Positions 1-9,798 are shown, counted from the first letter of the stretch. The stretch: DNA of 64,000 bases from Acidiphilium sp. (GCA_049964975.1 JBMFWT010000002.1:41599-105598); one strand, 5' to 3'. The notes: generated by a model from the sequence alone, not told the origin. Program-made: numbers and translations.

Positions 1-368
1 ATCAGGCCGATCAATCGCGTGTGCTCGCCGATGTGATGCGGATTCTCGATCATCCGGCGATGGCGCCGCTATTCGCCGCAGGCTCCCGCGCCGAAGCGCC
101 GATTGCCGGAATTGTTGGGCGCACCGAAATTGGTGGCATGATCGACCGGCTGATGATTACTGATGAGCGGATTTTATTCGCCGATTACAAGACCGACCGC
201 GCCCCGCCGACGGCGGAAAGCGCTGTGCCCCTGCCCTATCGTGCGCAGCTCAGCGCGTATGCCGAGGTGCTACGGGCGATCCATCCGCACCTTCCCGTGA
301 CCGCGATTTTGGTTTGGACCAGCACCGGCACGGTGATGCCGATTTCGCTGGGAGGGCAGCACGGATGA
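1..368 (+). CDS. C-terminal fragment of a double-strand break repair helicase/nuclease, AddA-like (5' end outside the window)
   Basis: The frame is open to the window edge. The C-terminal motif ...ILFADYKTDR... is a PD-(D/E)XK-type nuclease motif like that of alphaproteobacterial AddA. Confidence 0.5.
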   Translation, partial: QADQSRVLADVMRILDHPAMAPLFAAGSRAEAPIAGIVGRTEIGGMIDRLMITDERILFADYKTDRAPPTAESAVPLPYRAQLSAYAEVLRAIHPHLPVTAILVWTSTGTVMPISLGGQHG

Positions 369-389
369 AGCCGCCTTCGCTGGAGCGCG

Positions 390-420
390 GGCGCGCCGAG
401 CGATTTTGCGCGCCGATTTT
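390..420 (+). terminator. Candidate intrinsic terminator after the addA-like gene
   Basis: A 7-bp GC stem GGCGCGC (390-396) pairs with GCGCGCC (408-414). It is followed by GATTTTG. Confidence 0.35.
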
Positions 421-456
421 GCAGATTGCGAATTTATCTCTATTTCGCTGGTCCCC

Positions 457-1503
457 ATGACTGATCTTGATCCCGCATCCTCTGATCCCGGCCTTACCTT
501 GGTCACCGGGGCTACCGGTTTTGTTGGCGCTGCCGTGGCGCGCGCTTTGGTGCGCGCGGGGCGGCGGATTCGCCTGATCCATCGGCCGCAGAGCGATTTG
601 AGCAATCTACGCGACGTGCCGGGCGAACGGGTGATTGCGGATTTGACCGATCCGGCCTCGCTCGCGGCGGCGGTGGCGGGATGCAGCCGATTGTTTCACG
701 TCGCTGCTGATTACCGGCTGTGGGTGCCCGATATTGAGGTGATGCGCCGCACCAATATCGACGGCAGCGTGGCACTCCTCAGAGCCGCTCATGCGGCGGG
801 GGTGAGACGCATGGTTTATACCAGCAGCGTGGCGGCGTTGGGGTTGGCACAGGGGCGTGAGGCGGCGGATGAGGGCACAGCGAACCGGCCAGAAGATCAT
901 ATCGGCCCGTATAAACGCTCAAAATATGACGCGGAAATTGCGGTTCGTGCGCTGGCTCAGGCTGGGTTGGATATTGTCATTGTAAACCCCTCAGCGCCGG
1001 TGGGGCCGGGTGATATTAAACCGACGCCGACGGGCCGCATGGTGCTCGATGCGGCGCGGGGGCTGATGCCCGCTTATGTGGAGACGGGCATGAATATCGT
1101 GCATGTCGATGATGTGGCGGCGGGCCATTTGCTCGCCGAGCAGCGCGGGCGCGCGGGAGAATCGTATATTCTGGGGGGTGAGAATCTGATGCTCTCAGAG
1201 ATTGGCCGGATGATTGCCAAGCTCGCGGGCCGGTCACCGCCGCGCATCAAGCTGCCGATTGCCCCGTTAGTGCCGATTGCGAGCGCGATGGAGGGGTGGG
1301 CGCGGCTGACCGGCCATCCGCCGATGATGACGCGCGATATGTTGGCGATGGCACGGCATTTGATGTGGTATAGTTCGGCGAAGGCGGTTCGTGAGCTGGG
1401 CTATGCGCCACGCCCGGCGCAGCGCGCGTTCGAGGATGCGCTGGTTGATTTTTGCAAGCGCGGGCTGCTGGCCGACATCGCGTTTCACCCGCAGGCGGCG
1501 TAA
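457..1503 (+). CDS. hpnA: NAD-dependent epimerase/dehydratase, hopanoid-associated sugar epimerase HpnA-like
   Basis: It has the Rossmann motif VTGATGFVGAAV and an extended-SDR fold with YKRSK. It is the first gene of an hpnA-E-like cluster. The ATG at 457 is preferred over the track start at 406. Confidence 0.75.
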   Translation: MTDLDPASSDPGLTLVTGATGFVGAAVARALVRAGRRIRLIHRPQSDLSNLRDVPGERVIADLTDPASLAAAVAGCSRLFHVAADYRLWVPDIEVMRRTNIDGSVALLRAAHAAGVRRMVYTSSVAALGLAQGREAADEGTANRPEDHIGPYKRSKYDAEIAVRALAQAGLDIVIVNPSAPVGPGDIKPTPTGRMVLDAARGLMPAYVETGMNIVHVDDVAAGHLLAEQRGRAGESYILGGENLMLSEIGRMIAKLAGRSPPRIKLPIAPLVPIASAMEGWARLTGHPPMMTRDMLAMARHLMWYSSAKAVRELGYAPRPAQRAFEDALVDFCKRGLLADIAFHPQAA

Positions 1504-1509
1504 CCGGAT

Positions 1510-2649
1510 ATGCTCTCCTCTCTTGCCATTATGGCCGCGATCATTTGGCTCTATCTGGTCTTTGGGCATGGTGAACGCGGTGCACCGTTCTGGCATAGCA
1601 CGCCGGAATTGCTGCCGGCATGGCCGGTTGAGGCACCGCCGGTTGATATTATCGTGCCGGCCCGCGATGAGGCCGAGACGATTGCGCCGGTGATTGCGTC
1701 GCTCTTGGCGCAGGACTATCCGGGGTCATACCGGGTGATTTTGGTTGATGATGGGAGTGCCGATGACACCAAAGCGCGCGCCCGGTTGATGGCGCGGCAT
1801 GATCCACGGTTTTTGCTGGTTGAAGGGGCGGAAAAGCCTGCCGGTTGGGCGGGGAAATTATTTGCCCTTGAGCAAGGTGTGGCGCAAAGCAGCGCGCCGC
1901 TGATTTTATTCACCGATGCGGACATCACCCATGATCCGCGCCATCTGGCGACGTTGGTGGCGCGGCTGCACGCGCCGGTGGGACATTATCGGCTGGATAT
2001 GGTTTCGGAAATGGTGCGGCTGAATTGCACGAGCCTTGCCGAGCGGTTGCTGATCCCGGCTTTCGTGTATTTTTTTCAGATGCTGTACCCGTTTGCGCAG
2101 GTGAATAACCCGCTTTCCGCCGTGGCAGCGGCGGCGGGGGGCACGGTGCTGATCCGCCGGACGGCGCTCACGCGCATCGGCGGGATTAGAGCGATGCGCG
2201 GCGCGTTGATCGATGATGTAACGCTGGCGCGGGCGGTGAAGCCGGGCGGGGCGATTTTCCTCGGCCATTCCGGCCTTGCCCAATCGATCCGGCTTTATCC
2301 GCAGCTTGCCGATATTCGCGCGATGATCGCCCGGTCGGCCTTTACCCAATTGCGCCATTCATCGCTATTGCTCGCGTTGACGGTTTTGGGGCTGGGGCTG
2401 GTTTGGTTGGTGCCGCCGCTCGCGGTGTTAGCCGGTCATGGGCTTGGGTTTGTTGCGGGGCTGGTGGCCAGTGGCCTTGCGATTTGGTCCTATCTGCCGA
2501 CCTTGCGCCGCTATCGGGTCAGCCGGTTATGGGCGCTCGCGCTGCCGCTGATTGCCGTGCTGTATTTGGAAGCCACGATCGCCTCGGCCCGCCGCTATTG
2601 GCGCGGCGCCGGCGCGCAATGGAAACGCCGCGATTACGGAGCCGCTTGA
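1510..2649 (+). CDS. hpnB: Family-2 glycosyltransferase, hopene-associated HpnB-like
   Basis: It has an N-terminal TM segment, the GT2 motifs IIVPARDE and ILVDDGSAD and FTDAD, and C-terminal TM helices. It lies between hpnA and hpnC. Confidence 0.75.
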   Translation: MLSSLAIMAAIIWLYLVFGHGERGAPFWHSTPELLPAWPVEAPPVDIIVPARDEAETIAPVIASLLAQDYPGSYRVILVDDGSADDTKARARLMARHDPRFLLVEGAEKPAGWAGKLFALEQGVAQSSAPLILFTDADITHDPRHLATLVARLHAPVGHYRLDMVSEMVRLNCTSLAERLLIPAFVYFFQMLYPFAQVNNPLSAVAAAAGGTVLIRRTALTRIGGIRAMRGALIDDVTLARAVKPGGAIFLGHSGLAQSIRLYPQLADIRAMIARSAFTQLRHSSLLLALTVLGLGLVWLVPPLAVLAGHGLGFVAGLVASGLAIWSYLPTLRRYRVSRLWALALPLIAVLYLEATIASARRYWRGAGAQWKRRDYGAA

Positions 2650-3491
2650 TGAGCACGACGATGCCGTCGGATAACGTTGAATTATGGTCTGGCAAGGATC
2701 GGGGAGATGAGAATTTCCCTGTGGGTGTGCTGATCCATCCAAAATTGCGCCCGCATGTTCATGCCTATTACAGCTTTGCCCGCAATGCCGATGATATTGC
2801 CGATAACCCCTCACTCACACCTGAGCAAAAAATCAGCCGCCTTGACCGGATGGATATGGTGCTGAGCGGTGCGGTGGCGTCTGGCTCGCCGAGTGCCAGC
2901 CGCCTGCGTCAGAGCTTGACGGAGATGTGCATGCCAGCGACCCATGCGCGCGAATTGCTGATTGCGTTTCGCCAGGATGCCACCAAGGCGCGCTATGCGA
3001 GCTGGGCGGAGTTGATGGAATATTGCCGGTTTTCCGCAGCACCCGTTGGCCGTTTCGTGCTCGATTTGCACCGCGAAGATCGGGCGAGTTGGCCGGCATC
3101 AGACGCGCTTTGCGCGGCGTTGCAGGTGCTGAACCATTTGCAAGATTGCGCGGATGATTGGCGCAATCTGCAACGATGCTATTTGCCGACAGACATGCTC
3201 ACGGACGCGGGGATCGACGTCGAGGCGCTGACGGCACCCAAAACATCGCCGGAATTGCGCCGCGTGTTTGATGCGATGCTGGATAAAACTGCCGCGTTGA
3301 ACCAGGCTGCGACCGAACTGCCGCATCAGTTGCGTTCGCGCCGGATGCGCTTGGAGACGGGGATGATTACCCATTTAGCCCAGCGATTGCATCGGCATTT
3401 GCGGCGTGGCGACCCGTTGGCGGGGCGGGTGAAATTGCGCAAATCTGATTTTGTGGCGGCACTGATTGTTGGCGTGGCGCAGCTCGTATGA
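2649..3491 (+). CDS. hpnC: Squalene/phytoene synthase family protein, HpnC-like (hydroxysqualene synthase)
   Basis: It has the motif YSFARNADDIADN. The ATG at 2649 overlaps the hpnB TGA (ATGA). The track ORF start at 2403 lies inside hpnB and is rejected. Confidence 0.8.
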   Translation: MSTTMPSDNVELWSGKDRGDENFPVGVLIHPKLRPHVHAYYSFARNADDIADNPSLTPEQKISRLDRMDMVLSGAVASGSPSASRLRQSLTEMCMPATHARELLIAFRQDATKARYASWAELMEYCRFSAAPVGRFVLDLHREDRASWPASDALCAALQVLNHLQDCADDWRNLQRCYLPTDMLTDAGIDVEALTAPKTSPELRRVFDAMLDKTAALNQAATELPHQLRSRRMRLETGMITHLAQRLHRHLRRGDPLAGRVKLRKSDFVAALIVGVAQLV

Positions 3492-4366
3492 GTGCGGCGT
3501 CTTATCAGCCGGAGGATATTGCGGCTGTGACCGCATTGACCCGTGCGGCGGGCACCTCGTTTTATCGCGGCATGACGGTGCTTTCGGCACCAAGGCGGGT
3601 GGCGATGTATGGGGTTTATGCGTTTTGCCGGGTTGTTGATGATATCGCCGATGATGACGGCCTGCCCGCCGAGGCGCGCATCGCGGGGCTTGATCAGTGG
3701 CGCCAGCGGATCGCGGCACTCTATCAGGGCGCGGCGGAGGAACCGACCACCCGCGTGCTGCGAACGGCGATTGCGCGGCATGGGTTGGCGCAGGACGATT
3801 TTATCGCGATCATCGATGGTATGGCGATGGATATTGCCGCGCCGATCATGGCGCCGGACGAGGCGACGCTTGATTTATATTGCGATCGTGTGGCTTCTGC
3901 CGTGGGTCGTTTATCGATCCGCATTTTTGGCGAACCGACCGAGGCCGGGCGCCATGTTGCGCATCATCTTGGCCGCGCGCTGCAATTGACCAATATTTTG
4001 CGTGATCTTGGCGAAGATGCGCAGCGCCACCGCCTCTATTTGCCACGTGAATTGCTCAACGCCCATCAAGTGCCGTTAGAGCCGCACGCCGCCTTGGCGC
4101 ATCCTCACTTGCCGCTGGTGCTCGGCACTCTGGGCGATCGCGCGACCCGGCATTTCGATCAGGCGGCGCAGGCGATGGAGAGGTGCGATGAACGCGCCAT
4201 GCGCCCGGCGCGGCTGATGGCGGCTTCGTATCGGCCCTTGCTCGATATTATGCGTGCGCGCGGCTTTAGCGCTCCCACGGCGCGGCCAAGCCTGCCGCTA
4301 TGGCGCAAATTGGGTCTGGCCGCACAGCTATGGCTGCTGGCCGACCGGCGGGCTGAGCCGCTATGA
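3488..4366 (+). CDS. hpnD: Squalene/phytoene synthase family protein, HpnD-like (presqualene diphosphate synthase)
   Basis: It has the Asp-rich motifs FCRVVDDIADD and ILRDLGEDA. Its start overlaps the hpnC stop by 4 nt. Confidence 0.8.
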   Translation: MSAASYQPEDIAAVTALTRAAGTSFYRGMTVLSAPRRVAMYGVYAFCRVVDDIADDDGLPAEARIAGLDQWRQRIAALYQGAAEEPTTRVLRTAIARHGLAQDDFIAIIDGMAMDIAAPIMAPDEATLDLYCDRVASAVGRLSIRIFGEPTEAGRHVAHHLGRALQLTNILRDLGEDAQRHRLYLPRELLNAHQVPLEPHAALAHPHLPLVLGTLGDRATRHFDQAAQAMERCDERAMRPARLMAASYRPLLDIMRARGFSAPTARPSLPLWRKLGLAAQLWLLADRRAEPL

Positions 4367-5616
4367 GCCGCCGCATCCATGTTATTGGCGCGGGCATGGC
4401 CGGGCTGGCCGCCGCCACAGCGTTGGCTGAGCGCGGCGAGCGGGTTGTGCTGTATGAGGCTGCGCGGTTCGCGGGCGGACGCTGCCGCTCTTATCATGAC
4501 GCGACACTCGATTGCCGGATTGATAATGGCAATCATTTGCTGGCAGCCGGCAATCATGCGGCCATGGCGTATTTGGCGCGGATTGGTGCGAGCGATACAC
4601 TCACCGGCCCAAGCCGGGCGATTTTTCCGTTTATTGACCTTGTATCCGGCGCTGCGTGGAATTTACGGCTGAATAACAGCCGGCTTCCGGTATGGATTTT
4701 TCGGCGCGCCGCACGGGTGCCGGATTCGCGGGCGCGTGATTATCTCGCGCTGCGTCGGCTGGATCGGGCGGGGCCGGATGATTTGGTGCAGGCGCTGATG
4801 GGCGATCTTGATCCGCTCTATGAGCGGTTAATTGAGCCACTGGCCATTGCGGCGTTGAATACCAAGCCGGCTGAGGGCTCGGCGGCGCTGCTGGGCGCGG
4901 TGTTGCGCGAAACGATTGGGCGCGGCGGGGCGGCGGCGATACCGCGCTATCCGAAGCTTGGGTTGTCAGAAAGTCTGGTTGATCCTGCCTTGGCTTTTTT
5001 GCGCGCGCACGGCGCCGAATTGCGTTTTGGCGCGCGTATCCAGGCGCTGGGCGTAGAGAATAACACGATCACCCGGCTGACCGGCTCGGCCACCGATGAG
5101 CCGGTGCGCACTGGCGATCAGGTGATACTCGCCACACCGCCCTGGATTGCGGCGGAATTACTGCCGGGGTTGATTGTGCCGGATCAGCATGAGGCGATTT
5201 TGAACGTGCATTTTCGGGCAGGCATCCCGCCAGGGCCATCCGGATTTTATGGGTTGTTGGGCGGGGCTGCCGAATGGGTGTTTGAAAAAAACGATGTGGT
5301 ATCCATCACGATCAGCGCGGCGAATGATAAGGTTGATCGTGATGCCGATGCGTTAGCGCTCGAAGTTTGGTCAGATTTGCGGCGCGCCTTTGGGTTACCC
5401 CGCACCATGCCTGCCTATCGGGTGGTTAAGGAAAAGCGGGCGACGTTTGCAGCGACGCCGGCGCAATTGAGCCGCCGACCGGCGACAACACCGGTGATCA
5501 ATGGTGCGATGATCCATAATCTTGGCTTGGCGGGGGATTATACCGCGACGGGGCTGCCTGCGACGATTGAAGGGGCAATCCGCTCGGGCGAGGCGGCGGC
5601 GCGCCGGGTGGTGTGA
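4363..5616 (+). CDS. hpnE: FAD-dependent oxidoreductase, HpnE-like (hydroxysqualene dehydroxylase)
   Basis: It has the N-terminal dinucleotide-binding motif VIGAGMAGLAAA..E and is amine-oxidase/desaturase-like. It overlaps hpnD by 4 nt. Confidence 0.75.
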   Translation: MSRRIHVIGAGMAGLAAATALAERGERVVLYEAARFAGGRCRSYHDATLDCRIDNGNHLLAAGNHAAMAYLARIGASDTLTGPSRAIFPFIDLVSGAAWNLRLNNSRLPVWIFRRAARVPDSRARDYLALRRLDRAGPDDLVQALMGDLDPLYERLIEPLAIAALNTKPAEGSAALLGAVLRETIGRGGAAAIPRYPKLGLSESLVDPALAFLRAHGAELRFGARIQALGVENNTITRLTGSATDEPVRTGDQVILATPPWIAAELLPGLIVPDQHEAILNVHFRAGIPPGPSGFYGLLGGAAEWVFEKNDVVSITISAANDKVDRDADALALEVWSDLRRAFGLPRTMPAYRVVKEKRATFAATPAQLSRRPATTPVINGAMIHNLGLAGDYTATGLPATIEGAIRSGEAAARRVV

Positions 5617-5617
5617 T

Positions 5618-7528
5618 TTATTCGGCGCGCGCGCCGTTATCGAGCCGCACATCGCGCTCGTTTTGATCGCGCGGCAAGGCTTGATTGGGGATCGCCATTT
5701 GCACGCGGCGGAGGGCTGCGTTCGCTAAGCGCGTGTTTGGGGGCGGGGGTTTTTGGTGCGCCAAAATATAGGCGTAGCGGTTAGCGCCGGGTGGTAGCGG
5801 ATTGTTCGGCCCCAGAGCGATCTGCCCCGGTGGCACGCTGGGTTTGAGAGGAATTTGCCAGTGCGCGCTGACCTGTTTGAGGGTTGCCCCCGCGAGCGGG
5901 CGCACACCCACCATCGGCCCGATCCGTGCGATGATGCGACCCACGGCGGGGGCTGCGACATAGCCGCCGGTGGTGAACCCATAAGAAAAATAGGCCATTT
6001 TTTTGGTTGGGTGCGGATGGATCACCACCACATACACCACAAAGCGTGGCCGGTTTGCCGGAAAAATTGCCATGAACGAGGCATTGTTCAAATGATTGCG
6101 GTAGCGGCCATTGGTACCGACGACCTGTGCGGTGCCGGTTTTGCCGCCGACCAGATAGCCCGGCACGCGGGCATAAATGCCAGTGCCTGAGAGCACCACG
6201 CCGCGCATCAATTTGCGCATAATGACCGATACGGATCGTCGCATCACCCGCACACCCCGGCGCGGCGGGGCGCCTTGGTGCCGCGCGAGCAAGGTGGGGC
6301 GGTACAGGATGCCGCCATTTACATCGGCGACCACGGCGTTGGCCATGGTGAGTGGTGCCATCGCAATGCCGTTACCGAAACTAACCGTCATGGTGGTGAG
6401 CAATTTCCAGGTCGCTTTGGGATGCCAGATTGGCGGTTGGACGCCGGGCATTTGCACCGGCGATGGCTGAAAGAAACCCATTTTCCGTAGCCAAGCGCGC
6501 TGGATTTTTGGCCCCAGAATGGTCGCAATCCGTGAAGCGCCGATATTCGAGGACATGGCTAAAATCGCCGGCATCGCCAGCCAATGATGCACCGGCTCAT
6601 AATCGGTGACGGCGAAGCCATCAACGACCAGCGGGTGGGTGGTGTTGAAACGGTCCCAATACTGCACCAGCCTTGATTGCAAAGCGGCAGGCAGGGTCAT
6701 TAATTTCATCACGCTGCCTGGCTCGTAATCGCCGGAAATGCAGCGATCAAACAGCGTGTCACTTGGCGCTTGATGGAATTGATTGGCGTTGTAATCGGGC
6801 AGGCTGACCATGGCTACCACGCGGCCATGCATGTTCTCGACGATGCCGCAGGCACCGCGTGCGTGATAATCGCGCATGGCGCGGGCCACTTCGTGATGGA
6901 CAATCGCCTGAATCCGCAAATCAATCGATAATTGCAACGGTTTATTGGGCTGTGCCACGAGCCGATGATCGAAATAGGCTTCGATGCCGGCGATCCCGCG
7001 TTGATCGGGCGTGACGCCACCGAGAATATGTGCTGCGATATTGCCCTGCGGATAATGCCGTTCCCAGATCGGCTGGAAATAGAGGCCGGGTATGCCCAGC
7101 CGATTGATCGCCAATTCTTGGGTGGCGGTGAGATGCCGGTCCAGATACACAAAACCGTAAGGGCGCAGCGCCAACCGATGGACGAGCATTTGGCGCGATA
7201 AAAATGGCAGTACGTGGCGGATCAAAATGGCGTCATGATCGGGATGGCTGATTTGCTGCGGATCGGCGAACAGGGCGGCACCGGGCAGCGACACCGCCAA
7301 AATTCGGCCATGACGATCAATGATCGGCGCGCGATCCGGCTCCTCGCGCTTGACCCGGTCATCGGGCCGCCAGGCGGCGAGCACCGCCTCGCTCGGTTTG
7401 ATCGGTTGCCACAATGTCGCATCGATGAGTTTCAGCGTTAGCAAAACAAATAACGCGACAAAGGTCACTGTAGCGACCCCGAGCCAACTAACAAAAACAC
7501 GGCGCCAGGACGACTGACCATTGGTCAT
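5618..7528 (-). CDS. Class B penicillin-binding protein (peptidoglycan D,D-transpeptidase, FtsI/PBP2 family)
   Basis: It has an N-terminal TM anchor and the motifs SVMK (SxxK), SSN (SxN) and KTGTA (KTG). A Pro-rich tail of roughly 90 aa follows the transpeptidase domain. Confidence 0.85.
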   Translation of the reverse strand: MTNGQSSWRRVFVSWLGVATVTFVALFVLLTLKLIDATLWQPIKPSEAVLAAWRPDDRVKREEPDRAPIIDRHGRILAVSLPGAALFADPQQISHPDHDAILIRHVLPFLSRQMLVHRLALRPYGFVYLDRHLTATQELAINRLGIPGLYFQPIWERHYPQGNIAAHILGGVTPDQRGIAGIEAYFDHRLVAQPNKPLQLSIDLRIQAIVHHEVARAMRDYHARGACGIVENMHGRVVAMVSLPDYNANQFHQAPSDTLFDRCISGDYEPGSVMKLMTLPAALQSRLVQYWDRFNTTHPLVVDGFAVTDYEPVHHWLAMPAILAMSSNIGASRIATILGPKIQRAWLRKMGFFQPSPVQMPGVQPPIWHPKATWKLLTTMTVSFGNGIAMAPLTMANAVVADVNGGILYRPTLLARHQGAPPRRGVRVMRRSVSVIMRKLMRGVVLSGTGIYARVPGYLVGGKTGTAQVVGTNGRYRNHLNNASFMAIFPANRPRFVVYVVVIHPHPTKKMAYFSYGFTTGGYVAAPAVGRIIARIGPMVGVRPLAGATLKQVSAHWQIPLKPSVPPGQIALGPNNPLPPGANRYAYILAHQKPPPPNTRLANAALRRVQMAIPNQALPRDQNERDVRLDNGARAE

Positions 7529-7531
7529 GGT

Positions 7532-7780
7532 TTAGCGCCTCGCAAAAAAATCACAGCTTCCATCGGCGCGAATATTGCCGCGCACCAATTGGCACTGTGC
7601 GGGACCGTCCCGCCCTGGCTGGAAAAATTCGCAGGCGGCGCATTCGATCCCGCCCGGCCCTGGGTGTCCGACATAGCCAGCCTCTTGCGGCGAGGCGCGA
7701 TGATCAGCCCAGAGTGCGCGGGTGGGTGCCATCCAGACAAAGCCACCCAACCCTAACGCGACGCGCCGCCGCCCGATCAT
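7532..7780 (-). CDS. Small Tat-exported four-cysteine protein, HiPIP-like (high-potential iron-sulfur protein)
   Basis: It has the twin-arginine leader MIGRRRVALGLGG. The Cys pattern C-x2-C-x12-C-x12-C, with GNIRADGSCDFF, resembles the HiPIP cluster-binding motif. Confidence 0.5.
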   Translation of the reverse strand: MIGRRRVALGLGGFVWMAPTRALWADHRASPQEAGYVGHPGPGGIECAACEFFQPGRDGPAQCQLVRGNIRADGSCDFFARR

Positions 7781-7789
7781 AGCCGCGCC

Positions 7790-8638
7790 TCACAAATTAG
7801 CGACCGCATGTTGCTTGGCAATAAACCAGGCGTCCACAGCATTTTTCATCGACTGGGCGATACGCTCGCGAAACGCGTTGGTGCGCAACGCCGCTTCATC
7901 TTCGGGGTTCGACAAGAACGCCGTCTCGACCAAGATGCTGGGAATCGCGGATGATTGCAGCACGGCGAATGTGGCGTGGCGGGCGGGGTTTTGCAGCATA
8001 TCGACCGAACGCGCTAACGCACCAACGGCGTGTTTTTGGAGCAGCAATGATTCAACCTTGGTGCTATGCGACATCAAGCTGAACAGAATTTCGCCCACCT
8101 GCGGTGACACGCCCTTGAAGGTGGGGTTGGATAGGCGCTCGACACTATTTTCCAGACTGGCGATTTTCTGGGCCAGCGGATCCGATGCGTGTTCAGCGAA
8201 GGTATAGACACTGGCGCCGCGCACCACGGTGTTGGGGGCAACCGAATTCGCATGGATCGAGAGAAATACAGCAGCGTGATGTTTTTCGGCAAAATCGACC
8301 CGGCCTTGCAGCGGGACAAAAAAATCACGCTCGCGCGTCATCATGACGTGATAACCACCGCGTTCTAACGTGCGCCGTAAATCCCATGCAGCTGACAGGG
8401 CAATGTCTTTTTCAAATAGCCTGCCTTTGCCGATACAGCCCGGATCACGACCGCCATGGCCAGGATCGATCACCACGAGCCGGTTTTGCTGGCCCTGCCG
8501 ATAGGAAGCATTATGCAGCCGTGCCGCCTTCTCCCGGCTTGGCCAGGGCGCTGCCGCCAAAGCTGTTTGCATCCAAAGCGGCAGGCTGATCGTTGCCTTA
8601 ACCCCCGCATCCAACAGAAACCGCCGTGAAAATACCAT
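7790..8638 (-). CDS. N-acetylmuramoyl-L-alanine amidase (Amidase_3, AmiC/AmiA-like) with a Tat signal
   Basis: It has the signal SRRFLLDAG, and the motifs VVIDPGHGGRDPG and FLSIHANS are typical of Amidase_3. Confidence 0.85.
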   Translation of the reverse strand: MVFSRRFLLDAGVKATISLPLWMQTALAAAPWPSREKAARLHNASYRQGQQNRLVVIDPGHGGRDPGCIGKGRLFEKDIALSAAWDLRRTLERGGYHVMMTRERDFFVPLQGRVDFAEKHHAAVFLSIHANSVAPNTVVRGASVYTFAEHASDPLAQKIASLENSVERLSNPTFKGVSPQVGEILFSLMSHSTKVESLLLQKHAVGALARSVDMLQNPARHATFAVLQSSAIPSILVETAFLSNPEDEAALRTNAFRERIAQSMKNAVDAWFIAKQHAVANL

Positions 8639-8717
8639 GTCACGCCCCTGGAAAAGATCGCCCTAAAGCATCAGCGTCTTAAACCCTGCTTTGCCAGCAA
8701 TTTCTTAATAAAACACG

Positions 8718-9791
8718 TTAAAATAATGAAAACTCCCGATTAATTGATATTTTTTCGGCGACCGAAGCCGCAGCCGCCAAGGCGCCCTCCAAATAGCCGC
8801 CAAAATCCGCTGCCGCTTCCGAGCCAGCCAGCAGCACGCGATCACCCCAGGGGCGCGGCCAATCGATCGGGCGGTAGGAAGGATGTTCGCGCAGCGGCGC
8901 GTGATCCAGGCTGGTCGAGGTCCAATGATCGGTCGCCCAATCGCGGATCACCAGCGCCTCGGGCTGCGCGGCTGATGGCCCGAACAGGCGGCCAAGCTGG
9001 GCGCAAACCGCGTCGGCCAACATGTCCTGCCGGGCGGCGCGTTGAGCGGGTGACCAAGCAAAAAAGCCAAACAAGGCGGCTTCATCGGCGCCGGGCAGCG
9101 AGGCATCATGGATTTCGCCGAGCGGCCCGATTTGGCTCATGGCCGAGCCGGACAAGCCGACATCGCGCCAGAAGCCGGTGCGATAAATCGCGAGCGCCTT
9201 GGCTTGCCCGGCCATCCAGGTTGGCACCGATTGCAGGCTAGCCAGCAGAGCGGGCGGCAAAGAAGGTTCAAAGGTCAAGGCGGCGGCCAGCCGGGGCGGC
9301 ATTGCCAGCGCGACGTGGCGCGCGGCGAATTCTCCCCGCTGGGTGAGCACGCGCACGTGGTCCGAAGCTAGGTGCAGGCGCTCTACCGGCGTCGATAATT
9401 TGATTTGATCGGCGGCAAGGCCCGCGCTGAGACCATCGATCAACGCGCTGATCCCGCCGACAAGGCGCAGGCTCGGCGGCTCCTGGCCAAAGCCACGGGC
9501 AAAGCGCTGGATGGTGCCGGAGGCGTCTTCGAACATCAGCCCGCCCGCCTCATGCTGCGGGTAGGTATGCAGCCCTGCCTGCGCGACCAGCGCGCGCAGC
9601 CTTGGTTGCATACCGGGCCAAATCCAGGCCGGTCCTAAATCATAGTGGCCGGCGCGCGTTTGGTGGGCCAGAACGCGACCACCCAGCCGGTCGCGTGCTT
9701 CGAGCAGCACGACATTGGCCCCCGCGCGGACTGAGCGTGCGGCCAGCGCCAATCCGGCGAGCCCGCCACCGACGATGATGAGATCATGCAT
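8718..9791 (-). CDS. FAD-dependent oxidoreductase, flavin amine-oxidase-like
   Basis: It has the N-terminal motif IIVGGGLAGLALA...VLLEARDRLGGR. Confidence 0.7.
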   Translation of the reverse strand: MHDLIIVGGGLAGLALAARSVRAGANVVLLEARDRLGGRVLAHQTRAGHYDLGPAWIWPGMQPRLRALVAQAGLHTYPQHEAGGLMFEDASGTIQRFARGFGQEPPSLRLVGGISALIDGLSAGLAADQIKLSTPVERLHLASDHVRVLTQRGEFAARHVALAMPPRLAAALTFEPSLPPALLASLQSVPTWMAGQAKALAIYRTGFWRDVGLSGSAMSQIGPLGEIHDASLPGADEAALFGFFAWSPAQRAARQDMLADAVCAQLGRLFGPSAAQPEALVIRDWATDHWTSTSLDHAPLREHPSYRPIDWPRPWGDRVLLAGSEAAADFGGYLEGALAAAASVAEKISINREFSLF

Positions 9792-9798
9792 CGTCCGA

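Noticed and set aside
2403-2648. The track ORF gives hpnC an 82-codon N-terminal extension.
   Set aside because: The extension lies entirely within hpnB in another frame. The conserved HpnC sequence begins at the ATG at 2649, which overlaps the hpnB stop.
8705-8721. TTAA...TTAA upstream of the amidase gene looked like a CtrA box.
   Set aside because: The spacer is 9 nt, not the 7 nt of the TTAA-N7-TTAAC consensus. The second TTAA also overlaps the stop codon of the upstream gene.
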